Source: Thermoplasmata archaeon (lineage in GTDB: Archaea > Thermoplasmatota > Thermoplasmata > Lutacidiplasmatales > UBA184). Taken from it: a stretch of DNA of 64,000 nt. The notes beneath the pieces were generated by a model that worked only from the letters and a program-made list of their open reading frames with translations, was not told the origin of the DNA and did not search any database. Below are positions 19,016-28,503 of this stretch, piece by piece. Position 1 is the first letter of the stretch. Each line of letters starts with the position of its first letter. The stretch lies in NCBI GenBank assembly GCA_028864975.1, contig JAGWLG010000006.1, positions 63,878-127,877 on the forward strand, given 5' to 3'. Made by a program: the position numbers and the translations under genes.

Positions 19016-20704
19016 ATGGTCCACCCCGGTTTGCGGGTCGGGGACCTGGTGGAACTGATCGACCACCAGGAGGTCCTCCTCCCGGACTTCCAGCGCGGCT
19101 ACGTCTGGCGGCGGCCCCAGATCCTGAAGTTCCTGGACTCGCTCTACCGGGGGTACCCGATCGGCCAGGTCCTCCTCTGGATCCCCCCCCAGTCCTCTGC
19201 CGAGGGAGACGGAGCCCAGCAGGGCCGACCGCTCGGGACGACCCCCGGTCAGGTGGCGGGATCGACCATCTTCGCCTCGGCCGAGCGGGCCGAGAGGGTC
19301 CAAGGGACCCGGTCCACCGCCCGGGCCGCGCCCCCCCAGTTCGTGCTGGACGGCCAGCAACGGCTCACCACGCTCTACCGCATCCTTCGTGGCGATGAGG
19401 GGTCCCGGGTCAGGTTCCACGCCGCCGACGAGATGTTCATGGGGGAGACGGCCGCGTCGGGCAAGGACCCCCTCTGGGTGTCCGTGGGGGACATCCTAGG
19501 ATCGGGACGAGGACTCTCCAAAGCGCTCTCCCGACTTCAGAAGGAGCTCAAGCTGGCTCCGGATGACGCGGCCTTCGAGCGATACCAAGCGAACCTCCAG
19601 CGCCTCGCGCTGGTGCGGGAGCGGGTCCTCCCCGTCGATGTCGTCCGTCTCGCCGACCCGGAGCAGGTGGCGGAGCTCTTCGTCCGCATCAACTCTGGGA
19701 CGCCGCTCCGAAGGGCAGAGCTGGCCCTTGCCCAGCTGGCGTGGCGCTGGCCGGGGGCGCTCGTGGTCCGTCTCGGGGACGCGCTCGAGGAGTTCGTCGA
19801 GGCCGGCTTCGACTTCTCCGCCCCCTTCCTCATGCGCTGCTTCGTCTCGGTGGCGACCGGGCAGCCCAGCCTCTCCAACCTGGAGTCGCTCTGGAAGCTC
19901 AACGAGATCACTCTCTCGAAGAACTGGGAGAAGGCCCACAACGGCCTTCGGAGCACCGTCGCCTTCGTCCAGGAGGTCGCGCGGCTCCCGACAGGAGACG
20001 ACCTCCCTTCGCTCAACACGCTGGTCCCGATGACCACGCTCTTCGCGAAGAGCATCCGGCTCGATGCCGCTCAGACCCAGCAGCTCCTCTACTGGTTCCT
20101 CGTCGCAGGCGCCTTCGGGCGCTACGGCACGAACGTCGAAGCCCGGTTGGGCGAGGACCTTCGTGCGATCTACACCCAGACCCCCCTGAAGAGCCTCCTG
20201 GAGAACCTGGAGAGGTCTACGGCCGCCCCCGCGGCCGTGCCACCGGCCGAGCTCGAGGGACGCGGGGTAGGCTCCGGAGTCTATCTCCTCATGGCGAGCT
20301 TGCTACGGATGAAGGGGGTCCAGGACTGGTTCCCGCCCTCGGTCGGGGGACGGCCGCCCTCGCCCGCCCGGGGAGAACGCGACCTGGTGGTCCAGCCCAT
20401 CTTCAGCCGAAAGCAGCTCCAGGACGCAGGAGCGGACCCCGAGCTAAGCGAGGAGATGGCGAACCAGCTGCTCCTCCCGCACCGACCCCCCTCCAAGTGG
20501 GCGCAGCTCAATCCGGAGGACCTCCTCGGGAAGGCGACCGCACAACAGATCCGCGACCAGTGGGTCCCCGAGTCGAAGATGCTCTGGGTGGCACCGCGCG
20601 CAAAAGAGTTCCTCGAGGCGAGGAGGGTGATCCTGGCCAAGGCGTTCACCTTGTCGCTCGAGGCGCTGCACGCCGGGCGCCCGGCGTTCTCTCAGGGCCC
20701 GTGA
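19016..20704 (+). CDS. DUF262 (GmrS/ParB-like) domain protein, GmrSD-like, with degenerate C-terminal HNH-type domain
   Basis: LPDFQRGYVW, LDSLYRGYPIG, VLDGQQRLTTL, LFVRINSG. The C-terminal region has VQPIFS...MANQLLL...FLEARR. Confidence 0.85.
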   Translation: MVHPGLRVGDLVELIDHQEVLLPDFQRGYVWRRPQILKFLDSLYRGYPIGQVLLWIPPQSSAEGDGAQQGRPLGTTPGQVAGSTIFASAERAERVQGTRSTARAAPPQFVLDGQQRLTTLYRILRGDEGSRVRFHAADEMFMGETAASGKDPLWVSVGDILGSGRGLSKALSRLQKELKLAPDDAAFERYQANLQRLALVRERVLPVDVVRLADPEQVAELFVRINSGTPLRRAELALAQLAWRWPGALVVRLGDALEEFVEAGFDFSAPFLMRCFVSVATGQPSLSNLESLWKLNEITLSKNWEKAHNGLRSTVAFVQEVARLPTGDDLPSLNTLVPMTTLFAKSIRLDAAQTQQLLYWFLVAGAFGRYGTNVEARLGEDLRAIYTQTPLKSLLENLERSTAAPAAVPPAELEGRGVGSGVYLLMASLLRMKGVQDWFPPSVGGRPPSPARGERDLVVQPIFSRKQLQDAGADPELSEEMANQLLLPHRPPSKWAQLNPEDLLGKATAQQIRDQWVPESKMLWVAPRAKEFLEARRVILAKAFTLSLEALHAGRPAFSQGP

Positions 20705-20852
20705 GATCGCACTCTGCCTGCCACCCCTGGGTTCGTCCCTGACCCGAAGGGCCCGGAGTGCCGGAATTCGCCACTATCGAGGAACGACGCCCATACGCCC
20801 ATATAGGGGCGAATGCTACGATATGACGTGCAACGCTGGAGGGTAGCATAGC

Positions 20853-21641
20853 ATGGAGGTGGGCGTCCCCCCCTCATGCCCCCTGCCTGCGGGCCCTCTG
20901 AGCGAGCTCTTCAAGGGAAGGCGGAGCGAGCCCGAACAGCAGGCGCTCCGCGAGGAGATGCGCCACCGCCTCCACCCGATCACGTGCAGGATCTGCCGAC
21001 AGGAGCTCGCGTACTTCCGCGACGTCGGAAGGTTCCCGCTCGAAGAGCGCGACGTTCAGGGCGCGTACCTGGCAGGACGCGGCTACCGCTCGCTGCTGAC
21101 CATCTGGTGGGGCCGGGTCGCGGACCACCTGGCGGGCGACCTCAAGGAGATGCCGGCGGTCTCGAGCTACTACCGGCACATGTCGTTCCATCTCGGGGTA
21201 CGGACGGAGCGCGAGGGGACCGACGAAGACGGGACGACCAGCATGCTGGCACGTTCCGGAGGGTTCGCGACCGCTCCTCCCGATACGCCTTCTCCCACCC
21301 CAGCCTCGGTCGCGACCGCTTCAAAGCCCTCATTCCCCACGTTCATCCCGGTCCCGGTTCCGGAGCCCGCGCAATCGCCGGCGTGGTCCACGGCGCGGGT
21401 CGAGGTGCCCCTGGGCGAGCCGTCGGTGCTCCGAATGGCCCGCACGATGGTCAAGTTGACCGAGCTCGCAGAGCGCCGTGTTCCTGCCCCAAGGACGGCC
21501 GCCTCGAAGCTCACGGCCTCCTCCTCAGAAGTGCTGGGTCGGGCGGCCGGAACCTCGGCCTCCACGGGGGGGTACGCGATCGGTGCTGCGAACATCGCTC
21601 CTGACTTGAGGAAGAAGCGCGCACCGCCTCGGTCGGCATAG
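20853..21641 (+). CDS. hypothetical protein with CxxC...HxxxH putative Zn/HTH module and low-complexity tail
   Basis: CRIC at the N-terminus, SSYYRHMSFH about 60 aa later; AT-rich promoter-like upstream region. Confidence 0.55.
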   Translation: MEVGVPPSCPLPAGPLSELFKGRRSEPEQQALREEMRHRLHPITCRICRQELAYFRDVGRFPLEERDVQGAYLAGRGYRSLLTIWWGRVADHLAGDLKEMPAVSSYYRHMSFHLGVRTEREGTDEDGTTSMLARSGGFATAPPDTPSPTPASVATASKPSFPTFIPVPVPEPAQSPAWSTARVEVPLGEPSVLRMARTMVKLTELAERRVPAPRTAASKLTASSSEVLGRAAGTSASTGGYAIGAANIAPDLRKKRAPPRSA

Positions 21642-21708
21642 CGACCTCCGGGCTTGGCTAGGAAGTGACCCGAGCCTCGGGCGAGAGCGGGCAGGTCCCG
21701 CCCACCGG

Positions 21709-21921
21709 CTACTTTCCGCGCTTGGGAGGCGTGGCAGGGACGTGGTAGACCGTTCCGGTCCGGTCCATTTGGGCGGCGAGACGGCGGACCTCCTTCTCCA
21801 ATCCCGCGAGGAGGGCCTCTGCGTGGGCGTGGTCCGTGCAGTGTCCCCCGCTCTTGGCGGCACACTCCTTGTACGCCCGACGAAGTTCTTCCAACGAGAT
21901 CGCCCCGACCACTGCCGCCAT
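21709..21921 (-). CDS. small hypothetical protein (70 aa)
   Basis: MAAVVGAISLEELRRAYKECAAKSGGHCTDHAHAEALLAGLEKEVRRL; co-oriented downstream of the AKR gene. Confidence 0.5.
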   Translation of the reverse strand: MAAVVGAISLEELRRAYKECAAKSGGHCTDHAHAEALLAGLEKEVRRLAAQMDRTGTVYHVPATPPKRGK

Positions 21922-21947
21922 TGATGGGGCGGAAGCGGAGAAGGATT

Positions 21948-22775
21948 TCAACTCGACGCCTGGGCCGGCTTCGAGAAGACCCTGGAGACCGCCTCGCGCT
22001 CCTCCTCGTCGAACCAAGGGGGGGATCCGGACGCGGCGTTCTCGGTGGGACGACCCACGACGGAGGTCGCGGGAAGCACCACGTCCACCCTGGGGTCGGA
22101 GAGGACCCACTTGAGCAGGACCTGCGCCCAGGTCGCGACCCCCTTCGGGCGCAACCGCTCCATGAGGTCGCGAGGGGGCACCTGGTGAAGGAGGTCGCCG
22201 GTCCCGAGGGGCTTCATGACCAGCACTCCGAGACCGAGTTCCTCGGCTAGGGGGAGCAACCGGTCCGCGGCCTCTCGGTCCCGGGCATTGTAGGGGACCT
22301 GGACCGTATCGATCTTTCCGGAGGACATGAGGTCGGCAAGGTCCCCAAAGGCCTCTCTCCGATAGTGCGTCGCGCCGACCCACGAGACTTGCCCCGTAGA
22401 GCGGAGCTCCAACAGTTTGGGCAGGACTTCCGCTTGTCGAGAGAGGTTGTGGATCTGGTACAGGTCGACCTGGCCCTGGAAGAACCGGAGGGCCGACGCG
22501 ATCTGCTCGTCCCGTTCGCCCTCCACCTTGGCCCAGACCTTCGTGGCCACGAACGCCTCCTTTCGATGGTGGCCAAGCGCCTCGCCGAGGACCCTTTCTG
22601 CCTCACCGTACATCGGCGACGAGTCGAAGAGGCGGGTCCCCGCCCGAAGGGCCTCGGAGACCAACTGGTGGCGTACGCGCTCTGCGGGGTCACCCCGGAC
22701 GTCGAACGTCTTCCAGGTCCCCATCCCAACGACGGGGAGGGAGGGCCCTCGGGAGCCCAACCGGCGCATCTCCAT
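21948..22775 (-). CDS. aldo/keto reductase
   Basis: VVGMGTW, FDSSPMYG, FVATKVW, DLYQIHN, VQVPYN, VMKPLG. Confidence 0.92.
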   Translation of the reverse strand: MEMRRLGSRGPSLPVVGMGTWKTFDVRGDPAERVRHQLVSEALRAGTRLFDSSPMYGEAERVLGEALGHHRKEAFVATKVWAKVEGERDEQIASALRFFQGQVDLYQIHNLSRQAEVLPKLLELRSTGQVSWVGATHYRREAFGDLADLMSSGKIDTVQVPYNARDREAADRLLPLAEELGLGVLVMKPLGTGDLLHQVPPRDLMERLRPKGVATWAQVLLKWVLSDPRVDVVLPATSVVGRPTENAASGSPPWFDEEEREAVSRVFSKPAQASS

Positions 22776-22819
22776 GGTCGCTTCGACGGGAGCGGCCGTG
22801 CCTTAAGGAGGCACGAGCG

Positions 22820-25774
22820 CTAGTTCGGAGGGCCGTAGCCATCGTACGCTTCGGAGCCCGGAGCCCAGGTGGTGGGAGCAGGAGCAGCGTAGGGCGCGCT
22901 TTCATTGTACGCGCCAACGAAACCCGAGGCCGGAGGCATCGAGGAGCGCCGACGGCGACGACGCCAGATTACGGCAGCGGCAACGCCTCCGGCGCCGATC
23001 ATCGAGAGCGCCACCAGGTAGATCCATCCGATACCTCCCAAAGTCCAGGACGACGACGAGCTCGAGGCTGGGGCGACGGTGATCCCGACGTTCGCCCTCG
23101 CGCGCTCCCCGAAGCTGTCGCGGACCTCGACCTGCACGACGAAGCTCCCGGTCGTGGCGTAGCTGTGGGAAGCCGTAGGGCCGGTGGTGGTCAGCGCCTG
23201 CCCGTCCCCAAAGGTCCAGGCATAGGAGAGGTAGGCTCCGCTTCCTCCCGAGGCCGAGGCGACCAACGCGACCGTCTCGCCCACCGACACACTCGTGGAC
23301 GGAGAGACGGAGACGGTCACCGTCAGGGCGGGAACCCCCACGGGGCCGAGCACATCTACCGCGACCGGGGAGGAGGTCGAGACGTTCCCCCGCGAATCGG
23401 TCACGGTTACGGTCGCGTTGAAGTGCCCCATGGTCGTGAACACGTGGTCCACCACGCGAGAGGAGCCGCTCACGTTCACAATCGACCCGTCGCCAAAGGC
23501 GAACGAGAGCGTGCTGTAGATCTCCGAGCCGCCGGAGGGTGCGGCAGTGAAGGCGGCGGAGAGGGCTTCCGGCCCTGTCGAGACGTTCGTGCTGAGCGAG
23601 ACGGCAAGGGGAGAGGGCGCGGAGACGTTGACCACGTCCGACCACACGGCCCGACCCGCGGGAAGTGCCGAGTCGTTCACCCAGGCTCGGATAATGTAGG
23701 ACCCCGTCGCGGCGAAGCTGTCCGAGGCGGCGAAGGCACGTGAGCTTTGGGCCGAAGATGCGTAATGGCCATCACCGAACCGCACGGCGAAATGGAAGGG
23801 CGCGAGCCCCCCGGTCGCGTTGAGGTGCACCTGCACGTTGACGGGGACCACCCCCGCGGGCGGGGTTGCCGTTCCCGAGAGAGTGAGCGGCGGCACCGAG
23901 ACGTGGACGACCACGGAGGAGGTGCCTCCCCCGGAGCGCGAATCGTTGACCCAGAGCCACGCCGTGTAGTTGCCCGGGATCGCGTAGATGTAGGTGGGGT
24001 CGCGAACCACGGCGCTCCCCCCGTCGCCGAACTTCCACACGAAGCTGTACGCGGGTACTCCCCCCGAGGCGGTCGCGTTGAAGGCGACGCTGAGCGGGGC
24101 GGGACCTGAGGTGGGTGTGGCGGTGGCGAGGACGCTGACGGGGGTCACGCCGAGCGTGATCGTAACGGAGGAGGTGACCCCCTTTGTGACGCTGGCGATC
24201 GCCGAGCCCGAACCCAGGGTCGGGTCCGAGGCGGTCGCCTGGTAGCTCCCGGGCACGAGGGCCGAGTAGAGGACCGTTCCGCTCGCCGAAGTACGAGATG
24301 GAAGGCCACCCACGCTCACGAAGGCGTTCGGGACGGCGGCGCCCGCTATGGTCTGGACCGATACCGAGAGGTTCCCATCCGCGTTGTTTACGAGGGGGAC
24401 CTGTCCAAAGGTCGTGGTGAGGGCCTGGCCACCGCGGGCGTCGCCCCATACCGCCGCGGCCGTTCCCCAGGGCGTGATGATCGACCAGATGAAGTCGCCG
24501 GGCCAGAAGCTCGAACCCGTCCCCACGATGGCGTTCGAGAGCGGCCGCACCGCGCTCCACGTCGCCCCGTTGTCCGGGCTGTCGACCTCGTAGACGTTCC
24601 AACCGCTCGTCGAAACGGCCGCCCGGGTGTCCAGCCAGACCGCTTCGAGCTCCCCCGTGGAAGGGTCGCCCATGACCGTGGGGGTCTGGAAGTTCGTTCC
24701 CGAGGGCACGGTGCCCGAGAGGAGGACCGGAGAGGACCAGGTCGCCCCGAGGTCCGTGCTCTGGACGAACTCGACCCCGCTCGAGTCCACGTAGTCCAGG
24801 TCGAGGGTGGCGTGGGCCCCCCACGCCACTTCCCAGGAGATGCCTGCATTCGAGCACCCCGAGGGAGAGCTCCCCTGGGTCCAGGAGTTGCCCGTGTTCG
24901 TCGAAACGGTCACGAAGCAGCCGGAGGCCCCGGTCGAGTCTCCCGCGTCGGCGACCGCCCAGAGGGTGTCGTTGTAGGCGAGGGCATTGATCGGGATGCC
25001 GTTAGCGCCCTGAACGTAGACGATCTTGGGAGGGGCCATCCGCGAACCGCCCCAGACGGTGCCCATCCAGACGTTCCCGCTGGAGTCGTCCACCACCTGG
25101 AAGACGGTCCCGTTGGGCGTGGTCGAGAGCCAGTCCCGGTCGAGGAACTGTCCGCTCCCCGCGGCGGTGCACGGGATGTCGTTCAAGGGGCTTCCAGAAT
25201 GGGTGCCGTTCCCCCACATCGGAACGAGGCGGTCGTCCGAGGTGAACCCCGACCCGCAGGAGCCCGGGCTCGAACCGAACCCGAGCCATATCGTACCGTT
25301 AGGGGAGAGGCCCCCGCTCGTCACGTCGTACTCGAAGGAGGAGCCCGCGATCGCGGGGATCAGGCTCGCCCCAAAGGTCGACCCGCTGTCGTTGGAGAAG
25401 GAGAACCCTGCGGGCCCGACCGGGTTCTGGGGCATCCCTTGTTCCTCCCAGTCGACCTCGAGGGTGCCGTATCGATTGACAGCCACCGTAGGCTCCCCCG
25501 CCGGCTGCGGGGCCACCCGGCTCACCGCGATATTGGCCGGAAGGGAGGGGAGCGACCTTCCTGGGGCCAGCTCGTGCGAGAGGACCTCTCGGACGATCGT
25601 GGACGAGGCCACCCTCGGGCTCGGGGCGATCGAGTGGACCAGTCCGTGCACCGGGACGGCTGGGGGGGTCCCCCGGGCCATCGGCTCTCCCGCCCAGGAG
25701 CCCGCGACGAGGGAAGCGAGGACCACAGCGCAGACGAGCTCACGGCCCCACCCACCCGTCCTAGGGTTCGACAT
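22820..25774 (-). CDS. cell-surface protein: signal peptide, Asp-box (BNR) beta-propeller, carboxypeptidase-regulatory-like domain, about 4 PKD domains, C-terminal TM anchor
   Basis: Asp boxes SNDSGSTF, STNTGNSW, STDLGATW, SPDNGATW. PKD motifs WKFGDG, RFGDG, AFGDG, WTFGDG. TM helix followed by RRRRRR. Confidence 0.85.
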   Translation of the reverse strand: MSNPRTGGWGRELVCAVVLASLVAGSWAGEPMARGTPPAVPVHGLVHSIAPSPRVASSTIVREVLSHELAPGRSLPSLPANIAVSRVAPQPAGEPTVAVNRYGTLEVDWEEQGMPQNPVGPAGFSFSNDSGSTFGASLIPAIAGSSFEYDVTSGGLSPNGTIWLGFGSSPGSCGSGFTSDDRLVPMWGNGTHSGSPLNDIPCTAAGSGQFLDRDWLSTTPNGTVFQVVDDSSGNVWMGTVWGGSRMAPPKIVYVQGANGIPINALAYNDTLWAVADAGDSTGASGCFVTVSTNTGNSWTQGSSPSGCSNAGISWEVAWGAHATLDLDYVDSSGVEFVQSTDLGATWSSPVLLSGTVPSGTNFQTPTVMGDPSTGELEAVWLDTRAAVSTSGWNVYEVDSPDNGATWSAVRPLSNAIVGTGSSFWPGDFIWSIITPWGTAAAVWGDARGGQALTTTFGQVPLVNNADGNLSVSVQTIAGAAVPNAFVSVGGLPSRTSASGTVLYSALVPGSYQATASDPTLGSGSAIASVTKGVTSSVTITLGVTPVSVLATATPTSGPAPLSVAFNATASGGVPAYSFVWKFGDGGSAVVRDPTYIYAIPGNYTAWLWVNDSRSGGGTSSVVVHVSVPPLTLSGTATPPAGVVPVNVQVHLNATGGLAPFHFAVRFGDGHYASSAQSSRAFAASDSFAATGSYIIRAWVNDSALPAGRAVWSDVVNVSAPSPLAVSLSTNVSTGPEALSAAFTAAPSGGSEIYSTLSFAFGDGSIVNVSGSSRVVDHVFTTMGHFNATVTVTDSRGNVSTSSPVAVDVLGPVGVPALTVTVSVSPSTSVSVGETVALVASASGGSGAYLSYAWTFGDGQALTTTGPTASHSYATTGSFVVQVEVRDSFGERARANVGITVAPASSSSSSWTLGGIGWIYLVALSMIGAGGVAAAVIWRRRRRRSSMPPASGFVGAYNESAPYAAPAPTTWAPGSEAYDGYGPPN

Positions 25775-26002
25775 GCGGCGACCTAACACGGACCCGGTCC
25801 TCTCGTATTTCCGTCTATCGAACGATGGGACGCCCTTCATTTCCCGCCGACCACCACCTCCGCGAAGGCGACCGTGGTCCGGGAGTCGAAGGGCCTTGCC
25901 CCTCGCCAAGCAGGACTTCACTAATCCCTGGGAGGCGGGGGGGCGCAGAGGACTACGCCTCCACCCGGCCGCTTTTTGTGCCCCTCGGTCCACCTGGAGG
26001 CG

Positions 26003-26368
26003 ATGACGATCCCCCTCTCCGACCTGCCGAAGGTGATCATCCTCGAGCCCGGGCGAGGGGTCCGGATGGACGTCAAGATGGAGACCTCCTCCTGCGAGAT
26101 CGAAGTGCGGCTCGACAAGGAGGGACCGGGACGCAGCGTGGTGCTTATGCTGGGGCACAAGAACGGGCAGGTCGTCCAACGGGTCCGGGTCGCCGGCAGC
26201 TCCAAGGTCCTCTTCGACCCCGAATCGCCGGGGGAGTACGTCTTCCTCCTCACGAACCCCATGTCGGAAGCCGCCGTGGTCCACTGGGAGGTGCGTCCGC
26301 TCGGCACGGCCGGCGCGGCTTCCCCGAAGCGCCCCGCCCGCAAGGAGTACGACCCCGCGTTCCGTTGA
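26003..26368 (+). CDS. small beta-sandwich protein, possibly GOLD/emp24-like
   Basis: GGAGG SD. FDPESPGEYVFLLTNPMS resembles the GOLD 'f.a...G.Y.f.f.N..S' motif. Confidence 0.55.
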   Translation: MTIPLSDLPKVIILEPGRGVRMDVKMETSSCEIEVRLDKEGPGRSVVLMLGHKNGQVVQRVRVAGSSKVLFDPESPGEYVFLLTNPMSEAAVVHWEVRPLGTAGAASPKRPARKEYDPAFR

Positions 26369-26382
26369 ACGGTGCGAAAGCG

Positions 26383-27012
26383 CTACCGTTCGCCTTCGAG
26401 CGAGGTCATGACGTCGCCGCGGGTGATGATCCCCACGAGGTGGCCACCGGCCATCACCGGCAAGCGCTGGACGTGCTTGACCAGCATCCACCGAAGGGCG
26501 GAGTCCAAGGACGCGTCTTCGGTGATGGTGACCGCCGGGGAGGTCATCGCCTCTTGGACCCGGAGCCGCTCCAACATCCCCCTCCACCGGGCCCGACGCA
26601 CTTGCCGATCCTGCGAGGGAGCCTCGAGCACGTGGTCGATGATCTCCGAAGCAACGGAGAGCCCACCGTGTTCGGCCAGCGTGCGGAGGATGTCCTTCTC
26701 GCTCAGGACCCCCTCGAGATGCACCCCCTTGACCACGGGGACGCCCGAGATCCCGTGATAGCGAAGCAGCCGGGCGACGGAGTCGAGGCGGGCATCCGTA
26801 CCGGTGGTCACCAGGTTCGTGGTCATGACGTCGCGGACGATGGGAGAGCGCGCACGGCCGACCTCTTTCCCTTGACTGACCGGGATGGAGCCACGAGGAG
26901 GGGGCGCCGGAGCGGCCGACAGTCCCCTTGAGGGGGTGGGATGAGCGGGGACCGACCCGATGGGCGGAACCGGGATCGGCAGCGTGGCGCGGGCGGCGGT
27001 CTCAGCGGGCAT
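26383..27012 (-). CDS. CBS domain-pair protein
   Basis: VRDVMTTNLV, ISGVPVV..GVLSEKDI, VQEAMTSPAV, RLPVMAGGHLVGIITRGDV. Pro-rich N-terminus. Confidence 0.85.
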   Translation of the reverse strand: MPAETAARATLPIPVPPIGSVPAHPTPSRGLSAAPAPPPRGSIPVSQGKEVGRARSPIVRDVMTTNLVTTGTDARLDSVARLLRYHGISGVPVVKGVHLEGVLSEKDILRTLAEHGGLSVASEIIDHVLEAPSQDRQVRRARWRGMLERLRVQEAMTSPAVTITEDASLDSALRWMLVKHVQRLPVMAGGHLVGIITRGDVMTSLEGER

Positions 27013-27163
27013 GCTCTCCCACGGGGCGTTCGAGGCCCCGAAACTCCTCGAGAAGCAGATGCGCCGAGCGCGAGATAGCGCGGGCGTGTGGCGCGGTTGA
27101 CAGGTGCGACGGGACGCGGACTTTAAACTCCCCCGGCGTTGGGCAGATCTGAGGCGTGAAGGC

Positions 27164-27631
27164 ATGGCGAACCCGCGCGTGACGATGGAAACGACGATGG
27201 GAACGATCGAGGCCGAGCTGTTCGTGGACAAGGCCCCGAAGACCGCGGCCAACTTCCGGACCCTCATCGAGAAGGGGTTCTACAACGGGCTCGGTTTCCA
27301 CCGGGTCATTGACGGCTTCATGATCCAGGGGGGTTGCCCCAAGGGGACGGGGACCGGCGGCCCCGGGTACAACATCCCCGACGAGTTCGGCCCTGGGCTC
27401 AAGCACGACGGCCCCGGGGTCCTCTCGATGGCCAATGCCGGGCCGAACACGGGGGGAAGCCAGTTCTTCATCACGCTCGCGGCAACCCCGTGGCTCGATG
27501 GCAAGCACGCCATCTTCGCCAAGGTGACCAAGGGGCTCGACGTGGTCCAGAAGATCGGCAAGACCCCCGTGGACGGCTCGGACCGACCTCGCACACCTGT
27601 GAAGATGAACAAGGTCACGGTCAGCGCGTAG
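27164..27631 (+). CDS. ppiA: cyclophilin-type peptidyl-prolyl cis-trans isomerase
   Basis: [48 protein letters not shown]. Confidence 0.95.
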   Translation: MANPRVTMETTMGTIEAELFVDKAPKTAANFRTLIEKGFYNGLGFHRVIDGFMIQGGCPKGTGTGGPGYNIPDEFGPGLKHDGPGVLSMANAGPNTGGSQFFITLAATPWLDGKHAIFAKVTKGLDVVQKIGKTPVDGSDRPRTPVKMNKVTVSA

Positions 27632-27648
27632 CGCGTACCCCCCGCTGG

Positions 27649-27957
27649 CTACAGCTCCTCCAAGAGCTTCCGCACCGCCTGCAGGTCCGCGTCGATCCGG
27701 CGGCAGGTCTCCTCCTCGTCCCCCAGTCGGAGGTCCGGCCGCTTCTCGTGGATCCAGCGGTAGACGCCCGGCCCGTCGAGGTCCTTCACCCATCGGAGCA
27801 GCGCCCACTTCGAGCTCTTCGCCAGCTTCCCGTAGCGCCCGAGCAGCTCGGAGACGCGGTCGCGCACCGAGATCTCCCCCTTCATCCAGGCGTCGAGCCG
27901 GGCCTGGTCGAGCTCCCGAACCCAGCCCTGGAGGATGCGCTCGCTGCCTCCGGGCAT
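27649..27957 (-). CDS. hypothetical protein (102 aa, helical)
   Basis: Clean ORF between two + strand genes with globular-protein composition. Confidence 0.6.
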   Translation of the reverse strand: MPGGSERILQGWVRELDQARLDAWMKGEISVRDRVSELLGRYGKLAKSSKWALLRWVKDLDGPGVYRWIHEKRPDLRLGDEEETCRRIDADLQAVRKLLEEL

Positions 27958-28041
27958 GCCGGGACCTCTGGAGGGCCGGCTCTTGAGCGTTCGCCTGACC
28001 GGTGCGGGGAGCGTGAAATACTGTCCTCACGTCCGCCGACC

Positions 28042-28482
28042 ATGCCCCAGCAAGGAGAGAACGCCCCCGAGTTCAGCGCGAAGGACAGCGACGGCAGGGA
28101 CTTCCGACTCACCGATTTCCGAGGCAAGCAGCGCGTGGTTCTCTACTTCTTCCCGGCGTGCTTCACCCCTGGATGCGATATCGAGGCGGGGAAGTTCCGG
28201 GACGAGTTCCCCCGGTTCCAGGGAAAGGACGTGCAGGTGATCGGCGTCTCGAACGACGCACCGGACGTGGCCAAGAGGTTCCGTGAGCACTTCCGTCTCC
28301 CCTTCCCCGTCCTTCCCGACCCCGAAGGGAAGGTCATTGGGCTCTATGGGGTGGCGGGCATGGGAGGGCGCGCGCGGCGCGTCTCGTTCCTGATCGGTAC
28401 TGACGGGAAGATCGAGGAGGTCGTCGACAGTCGGCTCCCCGGGCCGCACATCGAGAAGCACCTTCGCCTCGTCGGAGGCTGA
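28042..28482 (+). CDS. bcp: peroxiredoxin, BCP/PrxQ-like
   Basis: APEFSAKDSDG, VVLYFFPACFTPGC (PxxxTxxC), VIGVS, FPVLPDP, ARRVSFLIG. Confidence 0.9.
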   Translation: MPQQGENAPEFSAKDSDGRDFRLTDFRGKQRVVLYFFPACFTPGCDIEAGKFRDEFPRFQGKDVQVIGVSNDAPDVAKRFREHFRLPFPVLPDPEGKVIGLYGVAGMGGRARRVSFLIGTDGKIEEVVDSRLPGPHIEKHLRLVGG

Positions 28483-28503
28483 GGGCGCGCGGCCACGCCC
28501 CGG

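Noticed and set aside
25775-26587. N-terminal 270-aa extension of the 1255-aa ORF call
   Set aside because: It is the antisense of the GOLD-like gene and an off-frame overlap of the CBS gene; the signal peptide places the real start at 25774.
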